A DNA stretch of 58,031 bases, the filler included, from Sphacelaria rigidula (Eukaryota): NCBI GenBank assembly GCA_964200075.2. It is 6 parts of 6 records of this genome, joined end to end, with 100 filler letters (N's around TTAATTAATTAA, not from the genome) between each part and the next. Parts side by side here need not be neighbours in the genome. Positions count along the whole stretch, not along the records: positions 19,379 to 28,967 come from CAXNAA020008143.1; positions 29,068 to 38,656 come from CAXNAA020008144.1; 4 more parts are not named here. One strand, 5' to 3'. The position numbers and the translations under genes are program-made. Of the stretch, positions 24,897 to 37,473 are shown piece after piece. Under the pieces are notes generated by a model. The model saw only the letters and a program-made list of their open reading frames with translations. It was not told the origin of the DNA and ran no database searches. Numbering within the stretch: the first letter of the stretch is position 1; every line of letters starts with the position of its first letter.

Positions 24897-27285
24897 TCGG
24901 ATAGCAAGGTAGTGCGGAACGATCGGCGTCGGCTGCGTACTTATATTCGGATATAAATAGTGCGTAGTTCGGAGCTGCGTGGTCAAGGGTGGATAGATAG
25001 GAAATGAATTTCGGCTGAGAAGCCTCTTCGCCTGAAATTGCCTCAGAGCAATCGTACCCCGTTTGTAGTATACGAAGATTCACCAAATAAGCATAGTATT
25101 TCCCGGAAATGGGGAATATTCTGGGAAACGTATCGCATCGTGGGTGATCTTGCGGTCGACTTATGCCTTCCCGTACATTCCTGTCTAATCTAGCAGCCCA
25201 CGCTTCGCGCAGAGAGCAACATTTTGAAGACACAAAGGTTCACTCGTGGCGCAGTCCAAATTAAGCGCGACTAGTGAGTGCTTTTGGAAATACTTCTGTT
25301 GGACACTCTGGCCATGACGCTCACCGCCAGACAAGCAATAAGTTGTCCCGCGGAGTCAGTTCTTGGCGCGGCCAACGATGAATCATGCATTTAACATTTT
25401 AGAGTAGTTCCTCATGCATAACGTCGCTGCTCATCGATTTGCGTCTGAGTAAGCAGCATTCCTGTTTCAACTGCAATTACTTGCTCATCCCGATTGACAA
25501 AGCATGGGTCATCTTCCACAATTATTGCGCCCATTGTAGCTGTTCCTCGACGCAGTGTAAGCAGCACTTACCTGCATGCCGTCGGCCGCGCGTCCACACG
25601 TCGGCAGCATGATCTTCTATCCAGTTCGTTACATACGTGGCGCAGGGGGTGGCGTCAGCGGCCGGAAACGCGAAGGCCTGGACAACGCGCGTAAACATCG
25701 TATCGGAACGATCCAAACGTTACCCAGATTGGTGCTCTACTTCTTGCAGCTGCTACAGGCACAACGATGGGGCTTACCGGTTGGTATCGAGTCATCCTAC
25801 GATAGGGGGAGGGCGTCTTTGATAGCACGAAAAAAGATGCTCATAGATACGTCAGACGACCTCCCACACTCGCGGTGCGCTTGTATCTGGTTCAAAACGG
25901 TGCCAAGCAGTATGAATGGACGTTATTTATTCATGACGAGCTCGTTCAAACAACCGTTGCTGCTTTGAACGACGATTTGGCTTCGAACTTCGTGCAAGAA
26001 GGGACTCAACATACTCCTGCCCCTATCGCAGGATGACTCTATCACGCTCGCTGAGGGTGTTCTTATGAGATAATCATTTCGCGGTGCTCCCGAACACGGG
26101 CGACGTGATAATGTGAGCCGTATTTCACGTGCCTTTCGGGCACATTTGCGCGACTCCGGTCCACGGCACGGGGCTCAGCTTGCACCCTGTAGTCCTTCCC
26201 TTGTCAAAAAAAGGGAGACATCTCACTGCCTAGTACTTATACTTGATAATCAGGCCAAACACATTCGCACAAAGGCGTGGACCGGACTGGAGTGGATTAT
26301 GTCGCCGTTGAAGCCCTAGTGCACGGGTTGTAAAGTAACTAGGGATTCATACTGCCGAGAATTTGTACATGGTGATTATGTACCAATGTTCACATTTGCA
26401 TAATGCTTAAGGAATCAGTGTTCTCAAGACCGTGCACGATATCTAGCTACCACGCATTGTCATCATCTCTCTGGAACGAATCAATTGGCTCGAGAGAAGC
26501 GCTGTCGACCAGGACACAACTGAATGTGCGTAAGCTTACGTCTGCTTAGTCGACATTCATTCACACAGTTGTGAGTGGCTAGAGTCCCTCATGCCTCTTT
26601 GCTTCACGACTTGAGCTGTATTAATACTCGCGATCCTAAACACGAGACACTAACGGCTACCCTCGGAAGAGCTGCGGTTTCGTGAAAATATTGTAGACCC
26701 TGAAAAGTCTACATGAACTACAACATTAAGTGTCATCTACAAACGCAGTCAACAGAATATTTGATAGTGGAACATTCGTTTCTCCTCCCCGCACCGTCGA
26801 CTCGCCTTGCCGGTTGAACTTGGACTGCCCCTGCGATCGCTTTTGACATTCCCTTCTCCTTCCTGTTTCTCTGAAGAGTGATCTCGGCCATTAACTGAGA
26901 AGCGACAGAGTATATCCTTCCCATCAGAGCCCCTCGCGAGCCGAAAAGGTGCACTTTCGCTGCATGGAACCCTTCGATGTCGTGAGGCTGGCGATTCTGA
27001 ACGGCAGCAACGGTCGACGAACAGGGGTGCCAGGAAAACGTTAACGGTACTTTGGACGTGATAGTCCTGAAAGATGCAGTAGATTCTTGGGAGTGTGAAG
27101 CTGGGTATAATTTTTATCAAGTTCTGGCTCTGTGCAGGAGATGTTTTGTGGACCATGATGTTATGGCACAATGGCGTCGACCGGTAATGGTTTGCCACCG
27201 GTGGCACACGAGTGTTTCTCGCGCCTCTGGGAACGCTGCCTTAAGTATGACGAGACGTAGCTTGTCAGCTGTAATATCCTGCTGA
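24897..27285 (-). CDS. Putative upstream exons of the same gene (~27281..27182, 26996..26806, 25677..25572, ~25031..24897)
   Basis: Exon-like blocks with polypyrimidine-AG acceptors; 25677..25572 has a strong CAG|GTAAGT donor. The exact chain is unresolved. Confidence 0.4.
25789..26039. mobile_element. 251-bp MITE, GAG...CTC termini, 4-bp TSD TATC (Sola2-like)
   Basis: TATC|GAGTCATCCTACGATAGGGG...CCCCTATCGCAGGATGACTC|TATC. Confidence 0.88.
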
Positions 27286-28967
27286 AAAAAATCGATTCTA
27301 TCGTATGAAATCCTCTTCCAATAGGTGCGTGAGTGGAAGGATACATGCACACACACAAGTAGTGGGTGACTCTGTGCTGCACGACAGTTTTTTCATAAGA
27401 TTCGCGGACGTCAAATTAAGGTCTTGCTGATTCAGCCCGTAGAAAACACGGCGATATCCAATTAAATGTTGACACAGATACGTGCAGTATATTGCGCCTC
27501 TGCTGCTGATATTCACGCAAACGGTTTGCCTGCTGTACTGGGCCAGACGTCAGAACTGACGCAAACAAGTACATTAGTGGAACTGTACTCCCTCCGACTT
27601 GTCTTGAACATCGTACGTGTTTTATTGTTTTCTTCTCAGCGTAGAATGCGTGGCTCCGAATACGTTGCTTAGTCTCGACATGCTGACCCTATCACGTGCA
27701 CATTGTCGCGCAGCCCGAGGAAGTCCGGGCACTCTTTGCGTTGGATATCAACCAAGGATGGAAACTGTGCCCAGTCTGGATGAGCGGAGCCTTCGTTATC
27801 CTAAGCGTCCACGGGCGACTTGTGATATTTTGTGACGGGGTAGAATGGTATACTTGATCGAAGCGATGAAACCAAGCGATCACTGATCGAAACTAGTGGA
27901 ACCGGTGAAGTGAAAAACAGAATAACACTACTCGTGAAATAAAACCAGAGAGAACAGGAATCTGTTTTCTCTTGACAATTTGTGCGACACTTTCCATGTG
28001 TAGCACAGCAGCATAGGCACGGGCGAGGATACAGGCTCCAGGCTTCTGGCCTTATACGTGCCTTTCAGTGCTATCGTTGTGAGCTGGACTTGAAAGGGAC
28101 CACAATTTTCATCTGCGAATCTTGCACGAAATGTAACTCGCATGGCACAGGGCTGTCCATACCTCCCTTGTTTCATGTATCGTTGTAACTAGCCCATGAG
28201 CGGCAACAAAGAGCGATTCATACGTTGGAGCTGAGCCTTCGCGCAAGCCCATCGACGAAGTACCTCATTCACGCTTCTCTGTATTTCAGTCGTTGTGTAA
28301 TTCCCAGAAGGGTCGAGGGGAGGTCAACCCCTCCTGTGAAATCGGTGCGAAAAGAAGCCAGAAAACACCAGTGGTAGGAATATAATCCCCTTTTTCTGTG
28401 CTAGCATTATTCCCGTAGCCAAAAAGTACCGTTGGGGCTAGTTTCATGTTTTACTCGCGGCCGTGGACCTTCATAGTTCCAAACTAGTAGAAACTGAGTA
28501 CGGTCGGTTTTATGCATGCAGTATCACCCTGGGACTCTACAAGATACGCGACGCAGAGAAGCAAATTACGCTCTTGTACGATATTTGAACCTTCACCTGA
28601 AACACAGGTATTGATGTGGCATGTTTATATGCAGCCTCAAATCCGTGTGAAACGTCCACTTCGACCGACGGGGTCCCGGATAGACGCCCGTCTGGGCTAC
28701 GAACATCAACCTGGAACACGGTTCTGGGGCCTCAGACCTGCCTGGGACTCCGGCATCTGGGACGTCCATCCGGGATATGGACATCCATCTGCGATACCCA
28801 CTTGGAATATCCATGCAAACATTGGAGCCACATCCATCCGGAATATTTGACACTTTCTACTAAACTGCCCCCGCAAAAAGTGCTCCGTCTCGAAAGGGAT
28901 GCGTGGTCAATGGTCAAACGACTAAGGCAAGCAACGACAGAGTAGGCCAAAGCCAGCTACCACAACA

Positions 28968-29067
28968 NNNNNNNNNNNNNNNNNNNNNNNNNNNNNNNNN
29001 NNNNNNNNNNNTTAATTAATTAANNNNNNNNNNNNNNNNNNNNNNNNNNNNNNNNNNNNNNNNNNNN
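28968..29067. other. Artificial contig linker
   Basis: N44-TTAATTAATTAA-N44. Confidence 0.98.
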
Positions 29068-29813
29068 TTTCTCATGCAACCACCTCAAGCGACCACCACA
29101 ATTCGGTCCCCCCCCCCCCCCCCCCGCACACACACACACACACACACCACCACCACCACCCCTCCAGGCGTGCTCCCTCCCGGCCTTGAAGGGATGCACG
29201 GTCAATGGCCAAAGGACCAGTCATAAGGCAAGCAGCAAATGAGTCACCCCCCCCCCCCCGCCCTTCCTGGAGATAAGTCTAAAGCCTCAAAGGACCATCC
29301 CATATCCCGTCCGGTACGTATACATCCCTTGCCCCTTTCGACTGATTATGCAGCATTGGGCGATGACTGTCGGCACTACCGCAGCCCGTCAACGTCTATC
29401 GATTTTCTGGTCAACTCTCATTCTCACGCTTTACAAGACGGAAAATCAGTATCGGAATTCGAACCCACCAATCATTCGCCTAAGCTGACTGATGATGTAC
29501 CAAGTCGACAGCCGGAGCGCAGCATTCTGGTTTTGGGGGATGTTTGGCGCTGAGCTATTCTGTGGTAGCGGTAGCAGTCAATGGCTGAAGTACACATCGT
29601 GTTCTGTGTAACGTTTTCTGAAGATTTTGTTTCAACTGCCCATCTCTTTTGTTTGGCGCAATAAAAACGAGAGTACATGCATTTACGTCGACAAGTTCAG
29701 TGAGTTTTTCGTTTCCCGTCAGCTTGTGCGCCTTCCAAAGGGCTGTGTGTTTTGAATTTCCCTGTCTTATCTCGCATGGTTTCACATGTCGTGGTCGCCA
29801 CCAGGATGAGAAG

Positions 29814-30737
29814 ATGATGATGCTACTACGGACGAAAGAGGTCAGGTGGCGCCTGTTCTGGGCGCTGGAAATCGTGGGGTTCAGCATCTGGCTCGCGTTG
29901 GTGGGGGTACTGTACTTGGGGGATCCCGAGGCCGTCTCGCCAATGATCAACACTTCATCGAATAGCTCCACAGACGTTACCTTGCACAGCCTGAACGAAG
30001 TGATCCAGCCTTACTTCACGTTCGCGTTTTGCCCCGGCACCATGACTTTCTGTGCACTCGTGATCAACAGCGCCGTGTGGAACCTATGGGCCGCGGCGGC
30101 GTTGAAGAGATCGGCGCTGGTTGCAACATCCAAAGAATCGAAAAGAGTAGTATGTAGCCTGTTTCTATATTGCGACGTGGTGCGCGATATTGTGCGCGAG
30201 GATCCGTTTTTTGCAGGTACGTGGGCTACCTTGGTCGTTGCCAGTTTCATCATGAGCGCAACGTTTGGCCACTCAGTCATCTTGGAATTGTCGATTTCCA
30301 GGACAGACGTCATCATATCTGGTTCTGTAATTGCCGCGTGTTTTGCGGCCGCGTTAGTGAAGTTGGGCGTCCGTAGATATGTGCACCGTTCTGCTGTAGG
30401 AAGTGTAACAAGCGCCCGGCCACGTTTGTTGACGTTATGTGTCGGGTGGGGTTTCGGAGCTGCTATAGGAATGGCGGTTGTTTATTGTACAAGTTTCCAG
30501 TGGCCAGGGCAGTACAGTCTCGTAGGGGGGGTTATTGTGTTTTCGTTGGGGATCATCGTGCTCGTCGATTTCGAGTCGACCGGGTCGAATGTTCACGCCG
30601 GTGTCAAACCGGCGTTGTCCGTGCTTCAGAATGCCGACGGGTTTGTGTACTGGGGAATTATCGGCGGTGTAGTGGTCTGCATGGGCGCGTGGGTGACGTT
30701 CATATATCTGGGTGTTGTGTGGAAAATTGTTAAATAG
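29814..30737 (+). CDS. Uncharacterised multi-pass membrane protein, ~7 TM, 307 aa from first ATG, no intron within the ORF
   Basis: Uninterrupted 1.09-kb ORF with seven hydrophobic segments and N-glycosylation sequons NTS/NSS after TM1. Confidence 0.75.
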   Translation: MMMLLRTKEVRWRLFWALEIVGFSIWLALVGVLYLGDPEAVSPMINTSSNSSTDVTLHSLNEVIQPYFTFAFCPGTMTFCALVINSAVWNLWAAAALKRSALVATSKESKRVVCSLFLYCDVVRDIVREDPFFAGTWATLVVASFIMSATFGHSVILELSISRTDVIISGSVIAACFAAALVKLGVRRYVHRSAVGSVTSARPRLLTLCVGWGFGAAIGMAVVYCTSFQWPGQYSLVGGVIVFSLGIIVLVDFESTGSNVHAGVKPALSVLQNADGFVYWGIIGGVVVCMGAWVTFIYLGVVWKIVK

Positions 30738-31429
30738 GGAGGGACTTCTGTTGAAAGTACTGCACGGCGTCAGCCTGTTGCGGGGATGCCTTCTGTTTAG
30801 CTATTGTTTCGGGGTTGTGTTCGTGCTCTGCGCCCGGTAGCCATGGATGTTCGTTGTCGTTGTTGATCATTGTGCTTCAGCGCAACTACAGATGTTTCCC
30901 ACAGCTCCACATCGGGAGGAGTGGTATGTCTTCAGCCGCAGTTTAGATGTATCGAGAACTGTAGCAGTCAAAAATTGTACAAAATATTCCCGGTTGAAGG
31001 CGATTGTCAGGTTTTCCGTTTCCCAAGCTTGCTCACGGTAGACGTTTGATCCCGTGTTTGGGGATCGGAAGAACCTGGTACTCGGCACAAGTTCGAAAAG
31101 GAATGCTTCCTCTGTCCCACAAGTCTGGTCGGTTATGGGCGGTTTTTTGTTTGGGTGCAACGGTGTTGACGATGACTTCATAGTTTGGTTCTATAGAAAA
31201 ATAAAGCGCATACAAAGCTGATGAAAAAAAGACGAAAAAAACGTTTTCAATACCAAAATCAGGTCAGAATTTGCCCCATTTCGGCCTTTTTTCGAGACTT
31301 TTTCCAACAATTGTTTTGATAATTATTTTGAGAATTCGTATTAAACACCCCACCCCCAGCCCACAGACATCACAATACGATGAACTTGCCCCCCAGTACC
31401 CCCCCCCCCCTCGTCGAACGAGTGGCGAG

Positions 31430-31880
31430 CACCAATTGGGTCGCCGCTATGCGATTGCGATGGAGGTTGCGCTCGCTGTTCCACCGGGCACGGTGAGGGC
31501 GCCCAAGGGCTCGCTGGGGCCAATTTTCGTACGCTACCTCGTACGGTGTTGGTTCTGAGTACCCGACGAAATTGTGAAAAAACGCAAAGGTCCGGATCGA
31601 CGCTACCCAGGAGGTCGACCTTTCGAACAACACAAATACTGAACGCCCGTCGATCCTCACGCCAACAAAGGTTGCGGCGCTGAAGAATGGCAACAAGCAA
31701 AATCGGTATTTTGCGCTCCGGCTGGTGTCCGATCAGCTGAAAGATATCGGACTAGATTACGATGCGGAGTCCGTGCGGCAGTGGTTCAAGAAAGGACGGG
31801 TGGCAAAGGTAGCTCGCCGCATCAAACCCTTCCTTTTCCTGCTCAAAAGCTTCGCCGAATCGACTTCATCTGCGATCAGG
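31430..31880 (+). pseudogene. Remnant of IS630/Tc1/mariner-type transposase N-terminal HTH region
   Basis: Translation ...VDLSNNTNTERPSILTPTKVAALK...LRLVSDQLKDIGLDYDAESVRQWFKK...RRIKPFL resembles the GRP-linker, second HTH and KP-L motifs. It has an in-frame stop and frameshifts, and the catalytic domain is absent. Confidence 0.6.
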
Positions 31881-32839
31881 TGGACGGGAGGACCAGGGAT
31901 TTCCTCGACCGACCAATTATTTTTTCCTGACACTTTTTTTACCCCTGAGAAAGGGGCGCACATCGGAATATACTCTTGAAAGCTACTGTGCCGAGGTGTT
32001 CACGCAGCCAGCGCGTGCTCTAGATTGCAGCATGGACGCACCCCTCTGCACCACCCTAGCAACGCTTAGATCACCACCATAGGTATCTTTTTTCATTCCG
32101 CATGTCAAGACGATCTCCACAAGTGTTTGATGTCTCATACACCCCCCCCCCAACTGGACTCTCGCACGCTTATGTCGTCAGGCTCCCAGAGGGTCACTCA
32201 CGTACATGTCGGGTAAACTCAACGATGAACAACACCCCCCAGTTTGAATTGGATATATCTGTTGTTTCCGACTCAGCACCGCCCTTGCTGGCATGTGTGT
32301 GACAGAGAACAGCAGTAGCGGTGACGGAAACATTGCCCTGTTTTTCAACATGTTTTTCAGCGCACAGGGGCGCGTCCTGTCAAAAAAGAGGGGCAGGGAG
32401 ACATCGATGTTCGCATTGGTGAGCTCCAGAGACAAAGAGACGAAATCTCTCCGCAGCTCGATGTTCTGGCACATGAAAAATTGGGTACATGCTGGTAACA
32501 TTGATGATGCCAGTCGCTCGAGCGATTGGCCATCGCCGAGCGAGGACGCACAAAGGACACGGGCAAGGAGCTTCCTCTCTGTCGTTGCTTCTCTCTCTGG
32601 TGATATTGTCATCGATACGCGTGTACACCGCATTCGTTGGGTGCACCTAGCCACAACTGATTGACTGCTGCAGAGTTTTGGGGGGGGGGAATGGTTTCGC
32701 TCTGTGTAACTGTGTCGCGTCATCCCTGCAAAAACGATATATATGCCACTTGAACCTCATTTTTTAGATCGACCGCATTTTTCAGGATCCGCTGTTGAAT
32801 ACAGGTTGAATGGTTGACTACTATATTTCTGTACTCGCA

Positions 32840-33204
32840 CCGGTCGCCCGGTGGCTCCGTTGGTAAGTTCGAAACCTTCTGACGTTTGGTTTGTGGGTTC
32901 GAAACTCGGAGCGATCTGAGATTTTCTCGCACAATGCCCAACAGTGGAGAGCGACTATCTACAATATTATGTCGTGGGTACACAAAATTCGACGAGGAAA
33001 AGAGATTGCTGGACCCCTTCCGCGATTAAAAATAAAGGCAAGCACAGCATAATAAGGGAGGTGGAGTACCAAAACAAACAGAAGAAAAAATTCCTGTGGT
33101 GTTCCTCCTCCTGTGTGACCCCGGCTGGTGCGCCCACATATATCGAAAGGTGTACGAGTACTGTAGCCCGGCGTCCGGAATAGAAGGGACGACAACACAC
33201 ACAC
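32840..33204 (+). mobile_element. Full-length tRNA-derived SINE with CA-rich tail
   Basis: A-box GGTGGCTCCGTTGG, B-box GGTTCGAAAC, tail gacaacacacacac; copies at 9455.. and 38400..38656 (-). Confidence 0.8.
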
Positions 33205-34280
33205 TGCAGTTCTAAATTATTGGACCGTTGTCTCTCCTTCCGGTCCCTGAAATCAACCATGTGTATCCGATTATGCCGAATCCGATTCTACTGCTTTCTT
33301 GTATACCGTTCGTTCGCTGGACCGGCTGTGTTTTGTAACGATTCGTCCCAATCCACAAACCTCGGATCCCACCACGCTCTCATCCTCCACTTCAGTCCTC
33401 CGGGGTGATGGGGGAATGGGGGTGGTAAGAAGGGGTGCGGAATACCTTTCTTCGCGTACCCGTGGTTGATGAGCTCATTTTTGGGGGCGGTTTCGTTCAC
33501 AGTTTCATGCGGAAAGCGCATGAATTAAATGAAATTTATATACCTTTCACGGAGAATCAATGCTTGACTTCGCCTCTCGATACATCTGTCGGCCCATCCG
33601 TCGGCCAATCCGCCTGCTGCAGTACGCTTCTCGACCACCACCATCCCATCTCCGAGATACATGAGCCCTGTGACTGTTTCATCTTGAAGCTGTACAGTTC
33701 TTCGTTCAACTGAAGTACACGCGTCAACAGAAAGCAGGTATCCGCGCTACGCTACCTTCCCCCGGCCTGTGGGATGATACAAATGGCCTGTGCCAGCGCA
33801 CGGAAACATCGCGTGACCAGCTCTGTAGCGCAACTGTGATGTGGTTATAGTATTGAGTTGCATTTGAGATTCTTGAGATCTTCTCTATGACTTGCGGCAC
33901 TGGTGTGACCTTTTATCTGCAGCAGGGGCAGTAGCGTTTGTCATTCCAAACGCATTTCATTTGCCTCGAATATAGCGAAGCACTCTGTACTGGCGAGGGT
34001 CAGGTCCGGATGAAACATACAGATACGTCATGTTGAATATCACCCCCTGTTAGTCCATGATTCAGTACGTAGCGCTCGTGAGACATCATTTCCCCCTTGC
34101 ACTCCACCACAGTGGCACGAATGCATGCTTCTAGGATTCGCACCCCTTACTTGTGGTTCGAGCGGAAATTGTGCACCATATCTCGTGTTGAACCTCCTTG
34201 AGAAGGAGCACTAGGGTTTCACCTTTGATTCCGTTTTGTTGAAGTTGAGTTTCTTATACTACCGTTCTAGGGTCAGCTCT

Positions 34281-34690
34281 TGTTGAGTTCACGTGCTGAG
34301 GTTGTATGCCGGAACCGATACATTTGATACTCTCTATAACATGGACCTGTGGAGAACAGGCGTGACTTATCTAACCCGGGATTGGGTGTGTATGGGTCGT
34401 AGCTTCTCACTCGGTAAAAGGGTACGGAACATGTAGAGACGCGTCGTGGACTTGAACCGGACGAGGTTTGCAAGGCAAGGCTTGAGAACTAAGAACTGAG
34501 TGCCAGGTGGGGGCGCCCAGACAAGGTGCTGCCAAGTGAGGAGTATGACTAGCTCAGACTGTAGATTGGAGGATGACGGTCGCAGGGTGACAGGCCCGGG
34601 TTGACGGTACGGATTGATATGCCTGGAGTTATTAGCAAGCGGGTCGGGTGATACAGAGGTCATAATCACATACCCCCCCCCCCAGCTACA
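34281..34690 (-). mobile_element. 3' LTR (390 bp, TG...CA) with upstream polypurine tract
   Basis: Minus strand reads AGCT-G11-TA|TGTGATTATG...AACTCAACA. Confidence 0.6.
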
Positions 34691-35598
34691 GTGGTGTCAA
34701 CGGCCAATTCGCTGAAGCTGTAAGACTGGGATTTGACCTCTAGGGACGAGACCCGACGAATTTACTGTTCTAATATCCAATCCATTCATGCGGCATATGA
34801 TACGGTTAACAAGACATTATGTTGATATGCCCATATTGGATGACACTGGCGAAGGTTTAGACGAGACAATACCGTATCTTTTTCCAGAAAAAATCTTCGA
34901 CGGAGGAGCAAATACATTAAATTTTAATTTGACAGTGTGACGTGATACCTGCAGAGTTTTGACTGGTGTATCTGCGGACATACGCGTACGTGGGGCAGGA
35001 AAATTCTTGCCGAGACTTCATGACTTGTGACAAAAAAATATAGACAAAAGTGTGGTGAAAAACGGAAATTAACGATGACGGTTTTGATTTGGCTACTTGG
35101 AACATGGTTGTATTATAGTGACTCGACAAACAAAATTTGGTTGATGACAAGACGGGAAGCACTTTTTTCTTTCCGCCAGAAAATGTAAAGGTATTCCGTT
35201 TAGTGGTGAAATTTACCTTGGCATGGAAACGTCGAAATTGACGTCGAAAAATATTGCGGTGTGTTAAGGTGGATGGACGGCGGCTCTGCTCGCACTTACT
35301 TACACCAAGCCATTGCCTCTTGCCTGACGCCTGATACGATCATTCGCATTCGCAGTTGGCGCCAAATCATTGAGGCAGGATTTGCCCTAGATTGATCTTA
35401 GGCGGGTTTGCATGTGTGGTGGGGATTTTCGGTTTGCTCTATGCCGGCTTACAACAGGTCCACGCGGTATCACAATGAAAATAGATCTGTACAAAAAGAA
35501 CGGGTGCCAAACTCTGACATATGTTTCTCGAAAACTTCTACTGTTGGCTGCGTGCGTGCATGGACAGGACCAGCACTTGCTCGACGTCCAGCTTGAGG

Positions 35599-37473
35599 AT
35601 GAGCAACCACAACGAGTGCGTGTGCCCCCACCAGCTGGTCCAGGCAGCAATGGCCGGCGACCGCTCGCGTGTTTTACGCTGCCTCGACAACTGCAAAGCG
35701 CACGTGGACTACGTCGACGTGGTCGATGATGAGGGTTTCACCGCATTGCTTGGAGCAGCCAACCTCGGGCACACCGAGGTGGTGAAGGTGCTGATCGCCA
35801 GAGGTGCGGATGTGAACTACAGCGGCAACCGGCTGACGGCGCTGATGCAGGCAGTGCAACACGGGCACGTGAAGGTGGTGAAGCTGCTCTGCGCCGCCGG
35901 TGCCAAGACCCAGGCGGTGGATAACTACGGGTGGACCCCCTTGCTCATGGCCGCGGAGACGGGCAACGTCGAGATCTCGAGGACACTGTGTAGGCACGGG
36001 GCCGACGTGAATGCCGTTACGACCCTCAGGAATACGCCTCTGTCGATCGCCGCCCGAGAAGGACACGCGGATTTGGTGTCGTATCTGCTCTTGGAGACAA
36101 GCGCCGACCGCACGGCGACCGATGTGCAAGGTTTCACGGCGCTGATGCTGGCCGCTCACAACGGCCGAACAGACGTCGTCCGCGTCATGTGCCAAGCCGA
36201 CGTTGACTTGACCAGCAGCTCCCGGAACGGCTACACCTCCCTCATGATTGCGGCTGACAAAGGGTACACGGAGGTGGTGCGGCTCCTGTGCGAGGCGGGA
36301 GCAGACAACTCGGCGAGAACCGCCCAAGAGGGATCGACGGCCTGCATGATCGCTGCCGAGAGCGGCCACCTAGGGGTCGTACGAGAGCTCTGCTGCTCGG
36401 GGGCAGACACCAACGCCACCTCAGATCGGGGGTTCTCAGCCACGATGATCGCCGCACAGAACGGCCATCACATGGTGATTCGAGAGCTGCACTCGTGGGG
36501 AGCCTGCATGGACCACCGTAACTATTTGGGCTCCGCCGCGTTGCATCTGGCCGCGGGGCGGAACTTTGTAAAGGCGGCGACAGCCCTGCTGGAGGTGGGG
36601 TGTCTAGAGACCGCCAAGAACAATGCGGGGGAGACGCCGATCCGCACCGTCGGGTCTCTACTTAAGCAGGGTAAACCGCGCCCGCATGTCGAACCTTGGG
36701 AAGGACCCGCCATGCGACGGTTGCTCGCTCGGGGACCGGCGTTCCGCGCGTGTTCCTGGCTGTGGCCGAAAGGTCTAGCCGGTGCAGAGGGAATCGGTGA
36801 CTTTTCTGCTGCAACCACCTGCGGCCGCGCGGGAGAGGCGGTGCAGGCCGTCGGGGCGGAGAGGGAAGCGAGCGGCGCCGTTCCTGTGAAGAAAAAAAAG
36901 GGTCGGACCCGAGTGGACTTGGATACGTTGCGCCGGACGCGTGGGATGGGTGGAAAGCGGGTGGACATGTTCTATATGTTCGACAGGTATGTACGAGGAA
37001 AGTGTGTAGGCTCCCCCGCGCGGAGAGTGTGCGGCTCGTTTGCTCTGGTGTTTTTTACAGTATCTCGTTATGTTCGGTAAAAACGCACCGTGTTTGTTCG
37101 CTGGGTCCCTGTTGTCCGTGGTGTGCACGAACCGTGCGATTACACGGTAGACGACGGTCAAGAACATGATATTTCCAAGGAACGACCCTTCTTGTTGTTC
37201 CGTACGGAATAAAATAAAATAAAAACTCAGCATGTGTGTTGTGTGTCTGCGTTCGCCCTCCGATGATCGCTGATTGCTGCCAGATCTGTGCGGCGTCTTT
37301 TTTTGTGTGTCAATAGACAATCGCTCGCGATGCCGCGTCCCGGGCCTTCCCTCGTGCAAATGGATGCGGCACCTCTCCGAGGATCTCACGTCGCTCGAAA
37401 TCCTACTTGGAGGGTACCCCTTACGACGTCGAAAGGGGTTCACTTGAGACTCCTAGACCTATACCCACGATGA
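35599..37473 (+). CDS. Ankyrin-repeat protein (~10 repeats); probable join(35599..36986, 37317..37473), start codon uncertain (35521, 35560 or 35599)
   Basis: Repeated G-x-T-[AP]-L-x-x-A-A-x-x-G-H-x-x-V-V-x-x-L motifs, then RRLLARGPAFRACSWLWP. Donor GACAG|GTATGT and a phase-matched acceptor tttttgtgtgtcaatAG|A. Confidence 0.9.

Noticed and set aside
29814..30737. Microbial rhodopsin or GPCR call for the 7-TM ORF
   Set aside because: There is no retinal-binding lysine in mid-TM7 and no recognisable GPCR motifs.
32840..32920. tRNA gene
   Set aside because: A and B boxes are present but there is no convincing cloverleaf, and the sequence continues into a repeated SINE body and tail.
35674..36968. 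Long antisense ORFs over the ankyrin gene, and most other short ORFs in the track
   Set aside because: They are shadow ORFs from GC-rich codon bias or chance ORFs within repeats.
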